From a virus (taxonomy: Duplodnaviria; Caudoviricetes), in IMG/VR virus record IMGVR_UViG_3300027889_000009, positions 1 through 56,327 of that record: 56,327 bases of DNA; one strand, given 5' to 3'. The position numbers were made by a program, and so were the translations under genes. The notes beneath the pieces were generated by a model that saw only the letters and a list, made by a program, of their open reading frames with translations, was not told the DNA's origin and ran no database searches. Position 1 is the first letter of the stretch; every line of letters starts with the position of its first letter. Below are positions 24,140-34,056 of the stretch, piece by piece.

Positions 24140-24731
24140 ACGCTATGGCGGTACGCTGGGAATTCCCTGCTAACCAACGTAGTCGGTTTCGCAGGGTTTA
24201 CGCTGGGCTACGCCATCTGGACTGTCAGGGGTGTTGCACGGAGTCGGCGAATCCCGGAACAAGAGTTTTTATTTGTTGGTGCCAGATAGGACTGGCTGCC
24301 CGGACCACGACGTATTCCCGTTGCTGGATCACACTACCAGCCCGTTGCATGGGAAACCGTCCGAAGACGGAACGCTATTTAGGATTCGCACCATACGCGG
24401 CACGCTTGGTAATGGGCGTGCCTTCCGGCTACCGGACCTTGCGCGGCAGCCCCCATGTGACCCGGTTACTTTTTGCTCAACGGAGAAAGAGCCGGGGAAG
24501 ATACCGTGGCGGGAACGCCCCGCCGATGGCGGTCGGTCTTGGGATTACACGGTGTCCGTTATGCGAGTAATGTCCGCGCGGATGCCCGTGCTGGAAAAGA
24601 AGTGAAAGAAAAGATGTGATGGGGTTGAATACGGCGACAGTGCTTGGTATAAAACCCCTGACTGAATCTTTTCTTTCGGCCCCGTGGTCTACCAAATAAC
24701 AGTTTGGCCCGACTGCGGGGCCTTTTCTTTT
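24140..24731. ncRNA. Candidate large structured non-coding RNA or origin region
   Basis: No convincing ORF; at least 8 hairpins, including CCGTC-TTCG-GACGG (minus strand), a 12-bp GAAAGAAAAGAT/ATCTTTTCTTTC stem and a terminal GC hairpin with a T-tract. Confidence 0.5.
24678..24731 (+). terminator. Plus-strand terminator-like hairpin, antisense to the flanking genes
   Basis: GGCCCCGTGGTC/GACTGCGGGGCC stem (G.U pairs on +) followed by TTTTCTTTT. Confidence 0.55.
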
Positions 24732-24803
24732 GCCACGTCGATTTTGTATCATCCCGCAACGTCGCGGTCAACCACAAAACGGTAAGGAAATGGCAGCTAC
24801 CGT

Positions 24804-25355
24804 TTACGCCTGCCATCTGCCTTTGCCGCAATGTTTTGGTGGCGCCCCCGTGCGTTCCCTGTGTCGTGCCAGTCGCGTGCAAATCGTCCCGGCAGTCGTG
24901 CCGTATATCTTGGCCAGTTCGTCAATGGACGTTCCAGACATAAATGATTCATAAATAAGGCAGTTGCGTCTTGCGACTTCTCGATCGCGTGGTTTGTGCT
25001 TGGCGTATGTGATGCCGTGCTTGGCGCATGCCTTCCTGACGGATATGACACTGACGTGCAGGCGAGCGCACACGGATGCGATGCTCTCGACACCGCTCTC
25101 CAGTCCGGCCAACTCGCTCAGCGGTATGACAGGTGGAACCACTCGGCAGATGTGTTTTCTAGGCGTGAACCCGGTGCGTCTGGCTTCATCGTGGACGATT
25201 TGGTGTATCCGTTGCCTGCTCATACCGTGGCGGCGTCCTAGTTCGCCGTCGCTGACCCCAGCCTGATAATCGCGGACTATTTCGTTGTTGCGTGAGCTGA
25301 CGTCGGCACACTGCTTCGATGGCTTTCTCATGCACTTATTGTATCTTGACATCAA
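24804..25355 (-). CDS. Multi-HTH (sigma region 4/Mor-like) transcription regulator
   Basis: RNNEIVRDYQAGVSDGELGRRHGMSRQRIHQIV and RNCLIYESFMSGTSIDELAKIYG. Confidence 0.78.
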   Translation of the reverse strand: MMSRYNKCMRKPSKQCADVSSRNNEIVRDYQAGVSDGELGRRHGMSRQRIHQIVHDEARRTGFTPRKHICRVVPPVIPLSELAGLESGVESIASVCARLHVSVISVRKACAKHGITYAKHKPRDREVARRNCLIYESFMSGTSIDELAKIYGTTAGTICTRLARHRERTGAPPKHCGKGRWQA

Positions 25356-25573
25356 CTAACGTCAAGTGGTATACGCGCCGATATCGGCGGCCGTCCGCGC
25401 TTTCCAGGCTGCCACCGTGGACCACCGCGCACGGCCATTATCCGCTCCCGTGCCTTCACCTGGCACGGCTTGCACAGGGACCGCTTGATGTTTTTCCGTG
25501 GCTTTCCGCACTGGGGGCAGCAACCGACGACGGTTTTATTCAGTTGCCACTTTCGCTGGCGAGTTTGTGGCAT
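25352..25573 (-). CDS. Small basic Zn-finger protein
   Basis: CCPQCGK...LCKPC...PGKRGRPP. Confidence 0.6.
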   Translation of the reverse strand: MPQTRQRKWQLNKTVVGCCPQCGKPRKNIKRSLCKPCQVKARERIMAVRGGPRWQPGKRGRPPISARIPLDVS

Positions 25574-25578
25574 GTTGT

Positions 25579-25719
25579 TCACCATTGCCCATTCCAAAAT
25601 TGTGGTGTATCGTTCCTGCCTGCGATGCTGGTCCAGTGCAGGGCCAGCAACTCGCACAGACCGATGGCAGCGCCGAGCGCTACGGTCACCGCAAACAGAA
25701 CGAAGAAGACCTGCTTCAC
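25579..25719 (-). CDS. 46-aa membrane peptide
   Basis: VKQVFFVLFAVTVALGAAIGLCELL directly after the tail gene stop. Confidence 0.4.
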   Translation of the reverse strand: MKQVFFVLFAVTVALGAAIGLCELLALHWTSIAGRNDTPQFWNGQW

Positions 25720-25720
25720 A

Positions 25721-27544
25721 TCACCCCCACTGCTCGATGAGTCCGTTGATTATCGTGAGCGTGTCGGCCGCGTTGGCCACGTCCCACGTCAAGGTGACCT
25801 TCAGGACATTGCTGCTGGTATGCGTGAACGTGGCAGACTCGAACTCCAGCGCCGTACCGACCATTCCGTCCTTGCTGGCGTTGTCGTACTGGAGCCAACC
25901 GCCACCACCGATTGTATACACCCCGCCGCTGACAGATACGGTCAGCATCGCGTCAATTGTCCAGTTCGCCCCGGTGAGTGAGCCGGCAGGCGTGATGTCT
26001 CCACTGGTCGTCAGTACACTGCCAGCGAAGTACAGGTTGAACGTGAAGCCGGTGGTTCCGCTGTTATCGGTGCCGAACGAACCCCCCAGGTGGATCTTGA
26101 ACGCGGTGCGGTTGCTGGTGGTGCTCGCTCCGCTGGTGCCGGTAATCAGGGTGATCTCGGTGACGGTGTTGGCGACGGTTATGGGCACGCCTATGGCGGC
26201 GAAGATGACGGGGCCACTGCCACCGCCGCTTGTCGTCGTCAACGTCTGCACAACCCAGTTGGCTGAGTCTTGCTTGGAAACCAGCCAGCAGTTGTACACC
26301 GTCGTCGTTGTGATGCTGGCGTTTACCCCGTTGATTTTGTCGGTGCCGTTCGGGGCAAGAGTCAGCGTGTTGCCACCCTTAACCAACTGGATCAGATATG
26401 TAGTGCCGCTTTGTGCGGATTCTGCTCCGACGAATTGCTCACTGGCGGCGGGCAAATTGACCGTGACGGCATTGCTAGACGTATCCACAAACAGTTCGCA
26501 ATCGTAAACTGTGCTGAGCGTATAGGAAGAAGATGAAGTGCTTAATGCTCCAAGCGTCAGACCGTAACTATTGAAACAGCCAGTAATCGTTACATTCCCT
26601 TGGCTATAAATCTCCATACATGATTTTTGCGCACCGTCAACCTGAGACAGTATCTGATATATTCCTTGCAGGCTGCTACCAACCATCCCGCCGCTCACTG
26701 TGCCGATAAAGTCGCATTGCCGCGACCTGCTGGCAACTCCCGAATCGAAGGCATTGCCGTGCATTCGCCACTGTGGAGATGGTTGCGGCGTACCAATGCC
26801 TGACGACGTAGTGTAATTGGCAAGGACGAGACCGTCTCTTCCCCCACCGAACGCAACGCCGATGTTCTGTATAACAATGGTTTTGGTGCTGTTTATGGTC
26901 CACTTGCTAACGCCGTCAGTTTCTAGGACAACATCGCTAAATGGAGCATCTAGTATCACCCAGGGAATCGTTGTGTTGTTGAGCGTGTCCGCACCGGCTG
27001 GCGCCACAGAAATGTAGTTGGTGCTATAGCACTGGCCGGATTCGTCGATGATTCTCAGTTGCTGGCCATTCTTGCAAGATGCCGCCGCTGGGAGCGTGAC
27101 TGTGCGAGCGTTTGAAATGGCTATGTAAGCGACGATGATGTCGGTTGCGAGCGCAGTGTAGTTCGTGTCGTTGACGGGAACGCGGCCGGCGCAGCAACCC
27201 GTGGTGGTACTGGTGAATCCGGACGGAGCCAGGAACTCGTAGCACAGCTGATACCCGATACTCGCCCGCACCTTCATCTCGACGTAGCACGGCACGGTGA
27301 CCAGGGTGTTGTTGATTTCCAACCCAGGTTGGACGTAGGGGAACACCGAACCGATGCCGTAGCGCTGCGGGGATGCTGGTATGAACGTGCCCGTACCGGG
27401 GTTGACGGCCACTTCCTGCCAGTCGTACAACCAGATACCAACGAAATCGCCGTCGCCCATCGTGACGTTGGTGAGTTGCGCATTGAAGACGTCGTTGAGC
27501 CACGCCGGACCAGATGGTTGTTCGTCGAATGGGTCATCTGCCAT
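25721..27544 (-). CDS. Tail tip/fibre protein
   Basis: YDWQEV N-terminal domain; two TVTLPAA/TVNLPAA..GxDxIN modules typical of tail fibres. Confidence 0.8.
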   Translation of the reverse strand: MADDPFDEQPSGPAWLNDVFNAQLTNVTMGDGDFVGIWLYDWQEVAVNPGTGTFIPASPQRYGIGSVFPYVQPGLEINNTLVTVPCYVEMKVRASIGYQLCYEFLAPSGFTSTTTGCCAGRVPVNDTNYTALATDIIVAYIAISNARTVTLPAAASCKNGQQLRIIDESGQCYSTNYISVAPAGADTLNNTTIPWVILDAPFSDVVLETDGVSKWTINSTKTIVIQNIGVAFGGGRDGLVLANYTTSSGIGTPQPSPQWRMHGNAFDSGVASRSRQCDFIGTVSGGMVGSSLQGIYQILSQVDGAQKSCMEIYSQGNVTITGCFNSYGLTLGALSTSSSSYTLSTVYDCELFVDTSSNAVTVNLPAASEQFVGAESAQSGTTYLIQLVKGGNTLTLAPNGTDKINGVNASITTTTVYNCWLVSKQDSANWVVQTLTTTSGGGSGPVIFAAIGVPITVANTVTEITLITGTSGASTTSNRTAFKIHLGGSFGTDNSGTTGFTFNLYFAGSVLTTSGDITPAGSLTGANWTIDAMLTVSVSGGVYTIGGGGWLQYDNASKDGMVGTALEFESATFTHTSSNVLKVTLTWDVANAADTLTIINGLIEQWG

Positions 27545-27559
27545 GCTTTTCACGCTGTT

Positions 27560-29065
27560 TTAGAACGGAAATCGCGTATAGGTGGGGTCTTGAAATAGGA
27601 GAGCGAAAGGCGCACTCAACCACTTGGGATATTGCCCACTGATGCCTTGCTGGACACCGTAGAAATTTGCGTCCGAGCTGGAGTAGTGAAAGGCCCTATC
27701 CCCATACCACGGTTGCAGGTTATGGCCAACGGCGATCCAGTTCTTGTTGTTGGGATTGGGGAATGGTCCGATGTCGCCCGTGCCAACGCGGTAAGTGAGC
27801 AGGAACGTGAACTCGATGTTGCACAGAAGGTCAGGCAATGCCACGGGGTTATTACTGCCGCCTGGGGGTGCCTGGAATAGCCGCGTCTGCACCACGGGCG
27901 GCGTGAACTTCTTAGGGTTGAATCCAAGATACAGCAGCTGTCCCGGTTGCCAGTTGTACCACGACATCTGGTTGATGCGGCCCAGCATCCGCGTGATGTA
28001 GCTGTTGGGGTCGGTGATGAAGCGGTATGGCACGGCGTACCAGTTGAACTTCAAAATCTGGTTGGGCAGGAACAACCGCGGCGAATCCTGGAATATCAGT
28101 GGGGTGTACGCTGGCCCGATGGTGACGATTGGCGGCGTCGTGTAACCGCTGCCGCCGGTGATGACAGTGATGGCGGTTATCTGCCCGTTGGCACCTACTG
28201 TAGCCTGCGCCGTGGCTCCGCTGCCTGGACCACTTGAAGCTGGCGTTATGCGTACAGCTGGCGGTGACGTATAGCCTGCGCCGGGCAGACCAATGGTGAT
28301 GCCGCCTGGGACCGTCACCGATGTTCCCGTCAGTGCTGCTGTTGCCGTCGCCCCTGCGCCGTTACCGCCGCTTGTGCCGGGAACCTGGAACAAATCTCCG
28401 TTATTGTTCCTGAACTTCATCTGCCCTTGCTGGGCAATCACGTTGTCATCCTTGGGGATGATGTCGAAGTCGGTGTAGCGAATCCATTCTGCCGCGAAGT
28501 CGTTGGAACTGTAGGCGTTGCCGTTGACGTCGTAGTACAGACCCCTTGAGCCGTCTGCGGCGACTGGAGCGTCGTACCAGATTGACTCGTTGGCAAGGAT
28601 GGGGAAGGTTCGCGGCATGAACTCGACCGTCACCTGCCAGTTGGGATACATGGCAAAGAACGGTTGCGTGGCAGCTGTGAGCGGGTTATTTGGTGTTACA
28701 GCAGCGTTGTGATTTTTGGTCGGTTGCCCAATTCCCTTGAATCCCTGGATGGTTGCCGCGTAATAGTAGTTCAGTTGGGCATCCTGAAGCGGCAGCGACC
28801 GTGGTATTGGTCCGCCTACGGTGGTAGGCAGTAGTGCTGGATTAAACCAGCTTGGCTGGCTGGAACTTGTCGTTCCCAGGATGTCGGTGATGACGGGCAG
28901 CACGTCGGAAGGAGTAAGTGGATTAGGTGGTCCGAAAGAGCCTGGACCATTGTACGGTCCAGTGCCGACGAGCAAGTTACGCACCACCTTGCCGCTCTCG
29001 ATGCTGCAACCGATGCTGCTTGGAGATATGCTATCGGTCATCTCGTAGTAGGTGTACGTCGGCAT
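27560..29065 (-). CDS. Distal tail/baseplate-type protein with GxGYTxPPxVxI repeat insert
   Basis: Follows the tape measure; start MPTYTYY; GAGYTSPPAVRI and GSGYTTPPIVTI repeats. Confidence 0.75.
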   Translation of the reverse strand: MPTYTYYEMTDSISPSSIGCSIESGKVVRNLLVGTGPYNGPGSFGPPNPLTPSDVLPVITDILGTTSSSQPSWFNPALLPTTVGGPIPRSLPLQDAQLNYYYAATIQGFKGIGQPTKNHNAAVTPNNPLTAATQPFFAMYPNWQVTVEFMPRTFPILANESIWYDAPVAADGSRGLYYDVNGNAYSSNDFAAEWIRYTDFDIIPKDDNVIAQQGQMKFRNNNGDLFQVPGTSGGNGAGATATAALTGTSVTVPGGITIGLPGAGYTSPPAVRITPASSGPGSGATAQATVGANGQITAITVITGGSGYTTPPIVTIGPAYTPLIFQDSPRLFLPNQILKFNWYAVPYRFITDPNSYITRMLGRINQMSWYNWQPGQLLYLGFNPKKFTPPVVQTRLFQAPPGGSNNPVALPDLLCNIEFTFLLTYRVGTGDIGPFPNPNNKNWIAVGHNLQPWYGDRAFHYSSSDANFYGVQQGISGQYPKWLSAPFALLFQDPTYTRFPF

Positions 29066-29069
29066 TGTT

Positions 29070-30410
29070 CTACTGCTGACCAAAATTGCCAAAAAGACCA
29101 GTGGCGCGAAGTATTGACGCTCCAACTCTTGCCGTGATGCTTGTGGCCTGCGCTGGTGTTGGTATGCCAGCGGCATTGGCGACTGTTTGAATTGCACCTG
29201 GCCTATTGTTATTGTCTCTCTGGATATCCCTGAGCGCTTGCAGTATGTCGGCAAGGAAGTCGTTGGTCTCCTTCACGCCGCCAGCGCCAGCGACGAATGA
29301 CGCCGTGGTGACGTCCTTGGCTATCTGCTCGAAGGATGCGATTCGGGAGTTAGTGGGTGCCGCCAGTGCTCCGGGTTTGTTTGAGAGCGCGTCGATTAAA
29401 TTCTGGACGATGTTGGGAAAGACCAGCGAAGCGAATCTGGCGACGAACGCCACCATCGTCAGTATCACGCCCTTGAGAGAATCCGAGAACAGTTTAAGGA
29501 CACTGCCAACGGCGCTGATTATCGGCGCGAGAACGGTCTTGAAGACGGCCACCACGGAATCGACCAGTACCTTGACCAGCGCGTTGAACACTTCAATGAG
29601 CGCCGAGAATACCGGCTCCAAAGCAAAGAACAGGTCGATGATTGGTTGCAGTATTCCGTACAGGATATTGAGAGCGCCTGCTAATATCGTGATGATGACG
29701 GTCAGTGGGAGCATGGCGACCTTGAACTGGTCCGCCAGCACTGTCAGGTGGACCATCAGCAGCTGCAATACCGGCGTCAGCAGACCGAAGATGTTGGCCA
29801 GTACCTTGATGACGGACAGAAGCGTGTCGCCCATCAGTTGGGCGAGTTGCTGGACGATGGGGGCCAGCTGCTGCATGACGGGAAGGAGTTGCCCGGACAC
29901 GTTGGCGGCGAGACTGCCGAATACCTGAAAGACGGGCAAGAACGCCACGCCGATGGTGGCGGACAGATTCTGCATCATCTGGTCGAACAGTTGAATGGTG
30001 GCTGGGGACAGCGCCTGGACGAAGGAACGGCTCTTGCTCGCCAGATCTTCAAATGCACCCACCACGGCGCCGACGACGATGGCAACTGGTGCGAGAGCAG
30101 CGCTGAGCGTTGCGAACGCTTCGCCTATGCCAGCGAGTGCGCCGCCTGTCGTACCTGTTGGTGCAGCGGTCACTGATGGGGTTATGACAGCGCCGGCCTT
30201 GTCGATGGCCCCCTGGAGAACCTGTTCCTTGAGTTGGTACTTGCCGGCAATGCCTGTGGCGAGTGCCTTGGCGTAGGCGTTGAAGGCCGATTCGAGCGCC
30301 TTTACGGCGTCGTCGGCCTTCTTCAGGTCTTCCGGGAAGTTCTTGGCTGTGTCGGCAAGATCCTGCGTCAGCGTGTTAATCAGGTTTTGATACGCAAGTA
30401 TCTTGCTCAC
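29070..30410 (-). CDS. Tape measure protein (short)
   Basis: 446 aa amphipathic helical protein with periodic Pro; follows the chaperone genes. Confidence 0.8.
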   Translation of the reverse strand: MSKILAYQNLINTLTQDLADTAKNFPEDLKKADDAVKALESAFNAYAKALATGIAGKYQLKEQVLQGAIDKAGAVITPSVTAAPTGTTGGALAGIGEAFATLSAALAPVAIVVGAVVGAFEDLASKSRSFVQALSPATIQLFDQMMQNLSATIGVAFLPVFQVFGSLAANVSGQLLPVMQQLAPIVQQLAQLMGDTLLSVIKVLANIFGLLTPVLQLLMVHLTVLADQFKVAMLPLTVIITILAGALNILYGILQPIIDLFFALEPVFSALIEVFNALVKVLVDSVVAVFKTVLAPIISAVGSVLKLFSDSLKGVILTMVAFVARFASLVFPNIVQNLIDALSNKPGALAAPTNSRIASFEQIAKDVTTASFVAGAGGVKETNDFLADILQALRDIQRDNNNRPGAIQTVANAAGIPTPAQATSITARVGASILRATGLFGNFGQQ

Positions 30411-30732
30411 TGTTGGCCCTTATCTTTGCCAGCAACTTTTCCTTGGCTTCCTTGTAGTTGGTCAGCTTGTCCCCAAGCATCCCGTGCAACCGATCCAGCG
30501 ATGCCAGCTGCTTCTCAGGCGTTACCGGCCCATCATCCTGGACTTCATCTTCATCCGGTTCCGCATCGAAGATGCTTATGCCACCGTCCTGATTGCGCTT
30601 GTGGAAGCAGAACTCGAAAATCTGCCTGTCCGTGAGTCGGGCAATCTGGTCGGGGTGCCAGTGGAACTTGTCCATCAGACTGGCGTAGATGGCGCGCCAT
30701 TGGGCCTGCGAGAGTCGCTTGAGTTGCTTCAC
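30376..30732 (-). CDS. Tail assembly chaperone T-like ORF (reached by -1 frameshift)
   Basis: FHWHPDQIARLTDRQI motif; in the -1 frame of the upstream ORF. Confidence 0.75.
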   Translation of the reverse strand: MKQLKRLSQAQWRAIYASLMDKFHWHPDQIARLTDRQIFEFCFHKRNQDGGISIFDAEPDEDEVQDDGPVTPEKQLASLDRLHGMLGDKLTNYKEAKEKLLAKIRANSEQDTCVSKPD

Positions 30733-31214
30733 GCCGCTGGGCTTGAGTGCAAGGCCGGCGGCATTGGTGCGTTTGGGACGGTGCTCTCCTTCTTGGTCTC
30801 GATAAGGTCGTGTGTCGGCAGGCTCTCCCTGATGACCTGCCGAATCAGCGGGACGACGTCGGCAGACCGCGCGGCGAACAGCTGAATCGTCTCCATCACG
30901 GTGATGCCGAACACCAGTGAAGACAGCAACAGCACCCCCTGTTCCTTGCCGAGCGCTTCGCGGCCAAACTCGCTTTCGAGTGCGAAGTGGCCCTTGGCGT
31001 ACTGGACGGCCAGTGCATTCAGGCGTTCTTCATACTTCTCTGGGGAGCGGAAGTCCTTGGTAAGGTACTCGGCTTCGAGCGCCTGCCGATACAGGGCCTT
31101 GGCGTAGGCTTCCTTCATGTTCTGGTCGATGAGACTGGCGCAGTACATCCGCCCTTCGTGTGCCAGCGAGAGCGGCGATGCGGAGTTTCCAAGACCGACG
31201 CTTTGGATGCCCAT
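30729..31214 (-). CDS. Tail assembly chaperone G-like
   Basis: Between tail tube and tape measure; ends ...VPNAPM. Confidence 0.75.
   Translation of the reverse strand: MGIQSVGLGNSASPLSLAHEGRMYCASLIDQNMKEAYAKALYRQALEAEYLTKDFRSPEKYEERLNALAVQYAKGHFALESEFGREALGKEQGVLLLSSLVFGITVMETIQLFAARSADVVPLIRQVIRESLPTHDLIETKKESTVPNAPMPPALHSSPAA
30771..30777 (-). other. Programmed -1 ribosomal frameshift site C-CCA-AAC
   Basis: X XXY YYZ heptamer in phase (GTC CCA AAC); the -1 frame is open into the T ORF. Confidence 0.75.
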
Positions 31215-31222
31215 TTGTTATC

Positions 31223-31585
31223 TCAGGTGATTGATACGGTGAAGGCGCCGCTGGACTGGACGGTGACGCTGACGCGCGGCGCTCCTTCGATGTCGTTGTC
31301 TGGGTCAAGGCTCTCGATGTAACCGTCAAGGTCAAGTCCGAGCGTGCTTTCCCATCCCAGCGACATGGTGACGAATGCCCCGGATGTCAGCGGCGTCAAG
31401 CCAGCGTTGTACGGACCTTCGATGGTGATGGTGGCGGATTGCAGACCAGCTACCAACTGTTGGAAAGGACTGGTGAAGTTGTTGACCTTGGGCAACGCGG
31501 TCTTCAGGGACGCCTTCCACTTGGCAAGGGTGTAGATTTGCCCGTCGATCGTTATGCTTCCTGTGATACCTGAGAGAAAAGCCAC
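31223..31585 (-). CDS. Major tail (tube) protein
   Basis: AFLSGITGSITI...KWK...VNNFTS...AGLQSATITIEG...SVTVQSSG. Confidence 0.78.
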   Translation of the reverse strand: MAFLSGITGSITIDGQIYTLAKWKASLKTALPKVNNFTSPFQQLVAGLQSATITIEGPYNAGLTPLTSGAFVTMSLGWESTLGLDLDGYIESLDPDNDIEGAPRVSVTVQSSGAFTVSIT

Positions 31586-31596
31586 CGCACACCCCC

Positions 31597-32091
31597 TTAA
31601 CTCGTCCCGGTCTCAATGGCAGTCACCAGCACAGATACGCGCTGGTCATCGTAGTTGCTGTTTATGTCACTCAGCGGCAGGAACGAGTCAGGCGTCACGT
31701 CCATGTCGATTGCTGCTGGCACCGTTGGCAGTGGCGTTTGATTGCCAATCGTCATCCACTGCGTAAAAGAGTTCCTAATCTGCTGCCGCCACATGCTGTA
31801 TGTTGAAAGATTCCCAACGAAATCATCGTTGTTCGGCGCCACCACGGTCACGTCAATCTTGTAAACAGCCTTCCAACTAGGCGAAATGTTGCCGCCGCCA
31901 AACGCATACCGCTGCCACGTCTCAGGCGACTCATTGGGACTGACCGTAATCTGCCGCGACGGGTCAACTGGTTCTGGTTCCTTCTTGGCCTTCTTTCTGA
32001 GCACCACCGATACCGTCTGGCTGTTCATGGTCAGGCCAAGGTTCGTGACTATCTGCGTCACGGCGTTGAGTATGTCGTTCAGTACCGACAC
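31597..32091 (-). CDS. Tail terminator/completion protein
   Basis: GTG start VSVLNDILNAV; directly before the tail tube gene. Confidence 0.65.
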   Translation of the reverse strand: MSVLNDILNAVTQIVTNLGLTMNSQTVSVVLRKKAKKEPEPVDPSRQITVSPNESPETWQRYAFGGGNISPSWKAVYKIDVTVVAPNNDDFVGNLSTYSMWRQQIRNSFTQWMTIGNQTPLPTVPAAIDMDVTPDSFLPLSDINSNYDDQRVSVLVTAIETGTS

Positions 32092-32093
32092 GC

Positions 32094-32426
32094 CTATTCC
32101 CCTTCGCCGTTTGTGCGCGCAAGGTTGGGACGGAACGATGCGTGCGCGCATGAATACTGGCCAGTTGGGACTTGCAGGTCTTTGGTTGTCTCTTCCGCAT
32201 TGCCACGTTCCGCTGCCAACTCTCGCCGTAACCGATTGATGACGTCTACCGTCATCTGTGCCAGCGACTTGCCCGGTTGCACTTCCGGTTCGCCGCTAAT
32301 GGCGTTGGCAATCATCTGGAATTGCTCGTCGGCCAACCGCTGCGTAATCTCGAACTTCTGCTGGTACTCATCGCGCTGGGCGGCAAGCTCGCCGATGTGG
32401 TCGAGTATGAGTGTGGCGTTTTTCAT
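32094..32426 (-). CDS. Coiled-coil hypothetical protein
   Basis: TAATG coupling, MKNATLILDHIG. Confidence 0.6.
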   Translation of the reverse strand: MKNATLILDHIGELAAQRDEYQQKFEITQRLADEQFQMIANAISGEPEVQPGKSLAQMTVDVINRLRRELAAERGNAEETTKDLQVPTGQYSCAHASFRPNLARTNGEGE

Positions 32427-33046
32427 TAGACGACGAACCCCCAAGCACTGGACGACTGTACAGTATTCCCTGAGCCGAACGACGGACACGAAACGACGAT
32501 GGCGACATTGGTTCCGCTTGCCGGCAGTGGCGGGTTGAACTTGACTGTCAGCGGCGACACGCCGACTGTGACGCCAGCTGGAATGGGCAAAGTGAACGTC
32601 AGTTGTCCGCTTGCCAATCCCGTGGTGGTAACTTGGATGCTGGCAGCTGCCGTCGCCCCAAGTCCGGTAATGGTGAAACCGGACAGGTAGTTTGTCTTGC
32701 CGCTCACTGCTGGCAGAGTTTGGTTCTGTGCCGTTGCCGCTCCCGTGCTGCTGACCACAACCGCTGTGCCGAGCGGCAAATCTCCCGTCTTCAGGATGCC
32801 GTTGGTGTCGGTCTTCAACGTCTGTGCGTTCGTGCCATCGGAGCCGCCAACGAGTACAGGATTGCCGCCAACCGCCGAACCAGACGCGACAGGCCCCTGC
32901 ACCCACCAGCTGTTCGCAGCGGTTCCCGTGGGCACGCCTTGACCGACAAGGGCATAGCCAGCGGTCCCACTGGTCGTGCCGTCACCAGCGGCCAAGAGCC
33001 AGTAAAGTGGAGCACCGACGCCGTTGACTAGCTGTATCGTCGCCAT
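32426..33046 (-). CDS. Virion structural protein
   Basis: Gly/Thr/Ala-rich; GNPVLVGGSDGTN, TLPAVSGKTNYLSGF. Confidence 0.7.
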   Translation of the reverse strand: MATIQLVNGVGAPLYWLLAAGDGTTSGTAGYALVGQGVPTGTAANSWWVQGPVASGSAVGGNPVLVGGSDGTNAQTLKTDTNGILKTGDLPLGTAVVVSSTGAATAQNQTLPAVSGKTNYLSGFTITGLGATAAASIQVTTTGLASGQLTFTLPIPAGVTVGVSPLTVKFNPPLPASGTNVAIVVSCPSFGSGNTVQSSSAWGFVV

Positions 33047-33058
33047 AGCCTGCTCCTA

Positions 33059-33685
33059 TCACATCGGGAAGATTACTTGGTATCCCGAATTAGCCGGGTC
33101 GGTGAAGTTCGTTGATGCCTGCGTCACGCCTGTCATAATCACCAGCACCACCGCCTGATTGACGGCATCGTTGTTGGTGATGAGCACGTTCTTGAGTGAC
33201 GACGTTACTGGGATGCCGCCAGCGAGCGAACCTGTCTCGTTGCCAAAGTGGCCACCGTTGTCCACGGTGAATGTCGGTGCTGTTCCGCCCATGCCGAGTG
33301 TGTTGGCGTTCGAGCCTGCCCCACCAACGGTGATGCTGCTGCACGGCGTCCCCGTGCTGCTGTCGAACGCTGCCTGTCCCACTTGCAGCAGGAAGAAATC
33401 GTACTCCCTGACCGTCACGAATCCGAACGTCTGTCCTGCAACGTCGGTCACGATGGCTTGCAGGTTCATCGTGAACGTGCCGCTTGCCGGTATCTGGAGC
33501 AAGATGCCGCACACTTCGTTGACGGGCAGCGCCCCGGTTGCTCCGGGTGAACTTGAGTATGTGTAGGTGTCGCTGTAGCTCTGCTTGGAGATTCCGGTGT
33601 TGGTCATGCCAGCGATGACGGCGGAAGCGCTGATGTTCAGCGATACCGTCTTGACTACCTTCGTGCTCGTCAAACTGGCGACCAT
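33059..33685 (-). CDS. Virion structural protein
   Basis: Thr/Ser/Gly-rich beta protein in the neck-tail block. Confidence 0.7.
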   Translation of the reverse strand: MVASLTSTKVVKTVSLNISASAVIAGMTNTGISKQSYSDTYTYSSSPGATGALPVNEVCGILLQIPASGTFTMNLQAIVTDVAGQTFGFVTVREYDFFLLQVGQAAFDSSTGTPCSSITVGGAGSNANTLGMGGTAPTFTVDNGGHFGNETGSLAGGIPVTSSLKNVLITNNDAVNQAVVLVIMTGVTQASTNFTDPANSGYQVIFPM

Positions 33686-33688
33686 CTC

Positions 33689-34054
33689 TCACCCAATCTG
33701 CAAGTACGGTTTCCGGCAGCTGCGTTGGCTCCCGCGCACCCGTAAATGACTCCAACACCACGTTCCGGGTTTGTCCGTCGTTATCAACTCGTATGCTTCC
33801 GCCGTGGTGATGTTCCAGTACCTGTAGATCCTTCGCGGCCACTTCCCGTGAGCCAGGTACATCACGTCCATCGTCCCCGGCACCATCTCGTACCGCACGG
33901 CTTCCACGTTCGGTTCAGGCCCCGTGGTGAAGACAGCAATCCAGTCAAAGGACAGGTCTTCAATCTCTGCCTGATGGGGCGGCGGTTTGTCTGCGCCGAA
34001 CCCGAAGAACCGCGCCAACCTTCCCCAGAGTGAACCGAAGAAACCTGATGCCAT
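33689..34054 (-). CDS. KTSC-like domain protein
   Basis: NVEAVRYE...TMDVMY...IYRYWNIT..AYELITTDKPGTWCWSHLR. Confidence 0.65.
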   Translation of the reverse strand: MASGFFGSLWGRLARFFGFGADKPPPHQAEIEDLSFDWIAVFTTGPEPNVEAVRYEMVPGTMDVMYLAHGKWPRRIYRYWNITTAEAYELITTDKPGTWCWSHLRVRGSQRSCRKPYLQIG

Positions 34055-34056
34055 TG

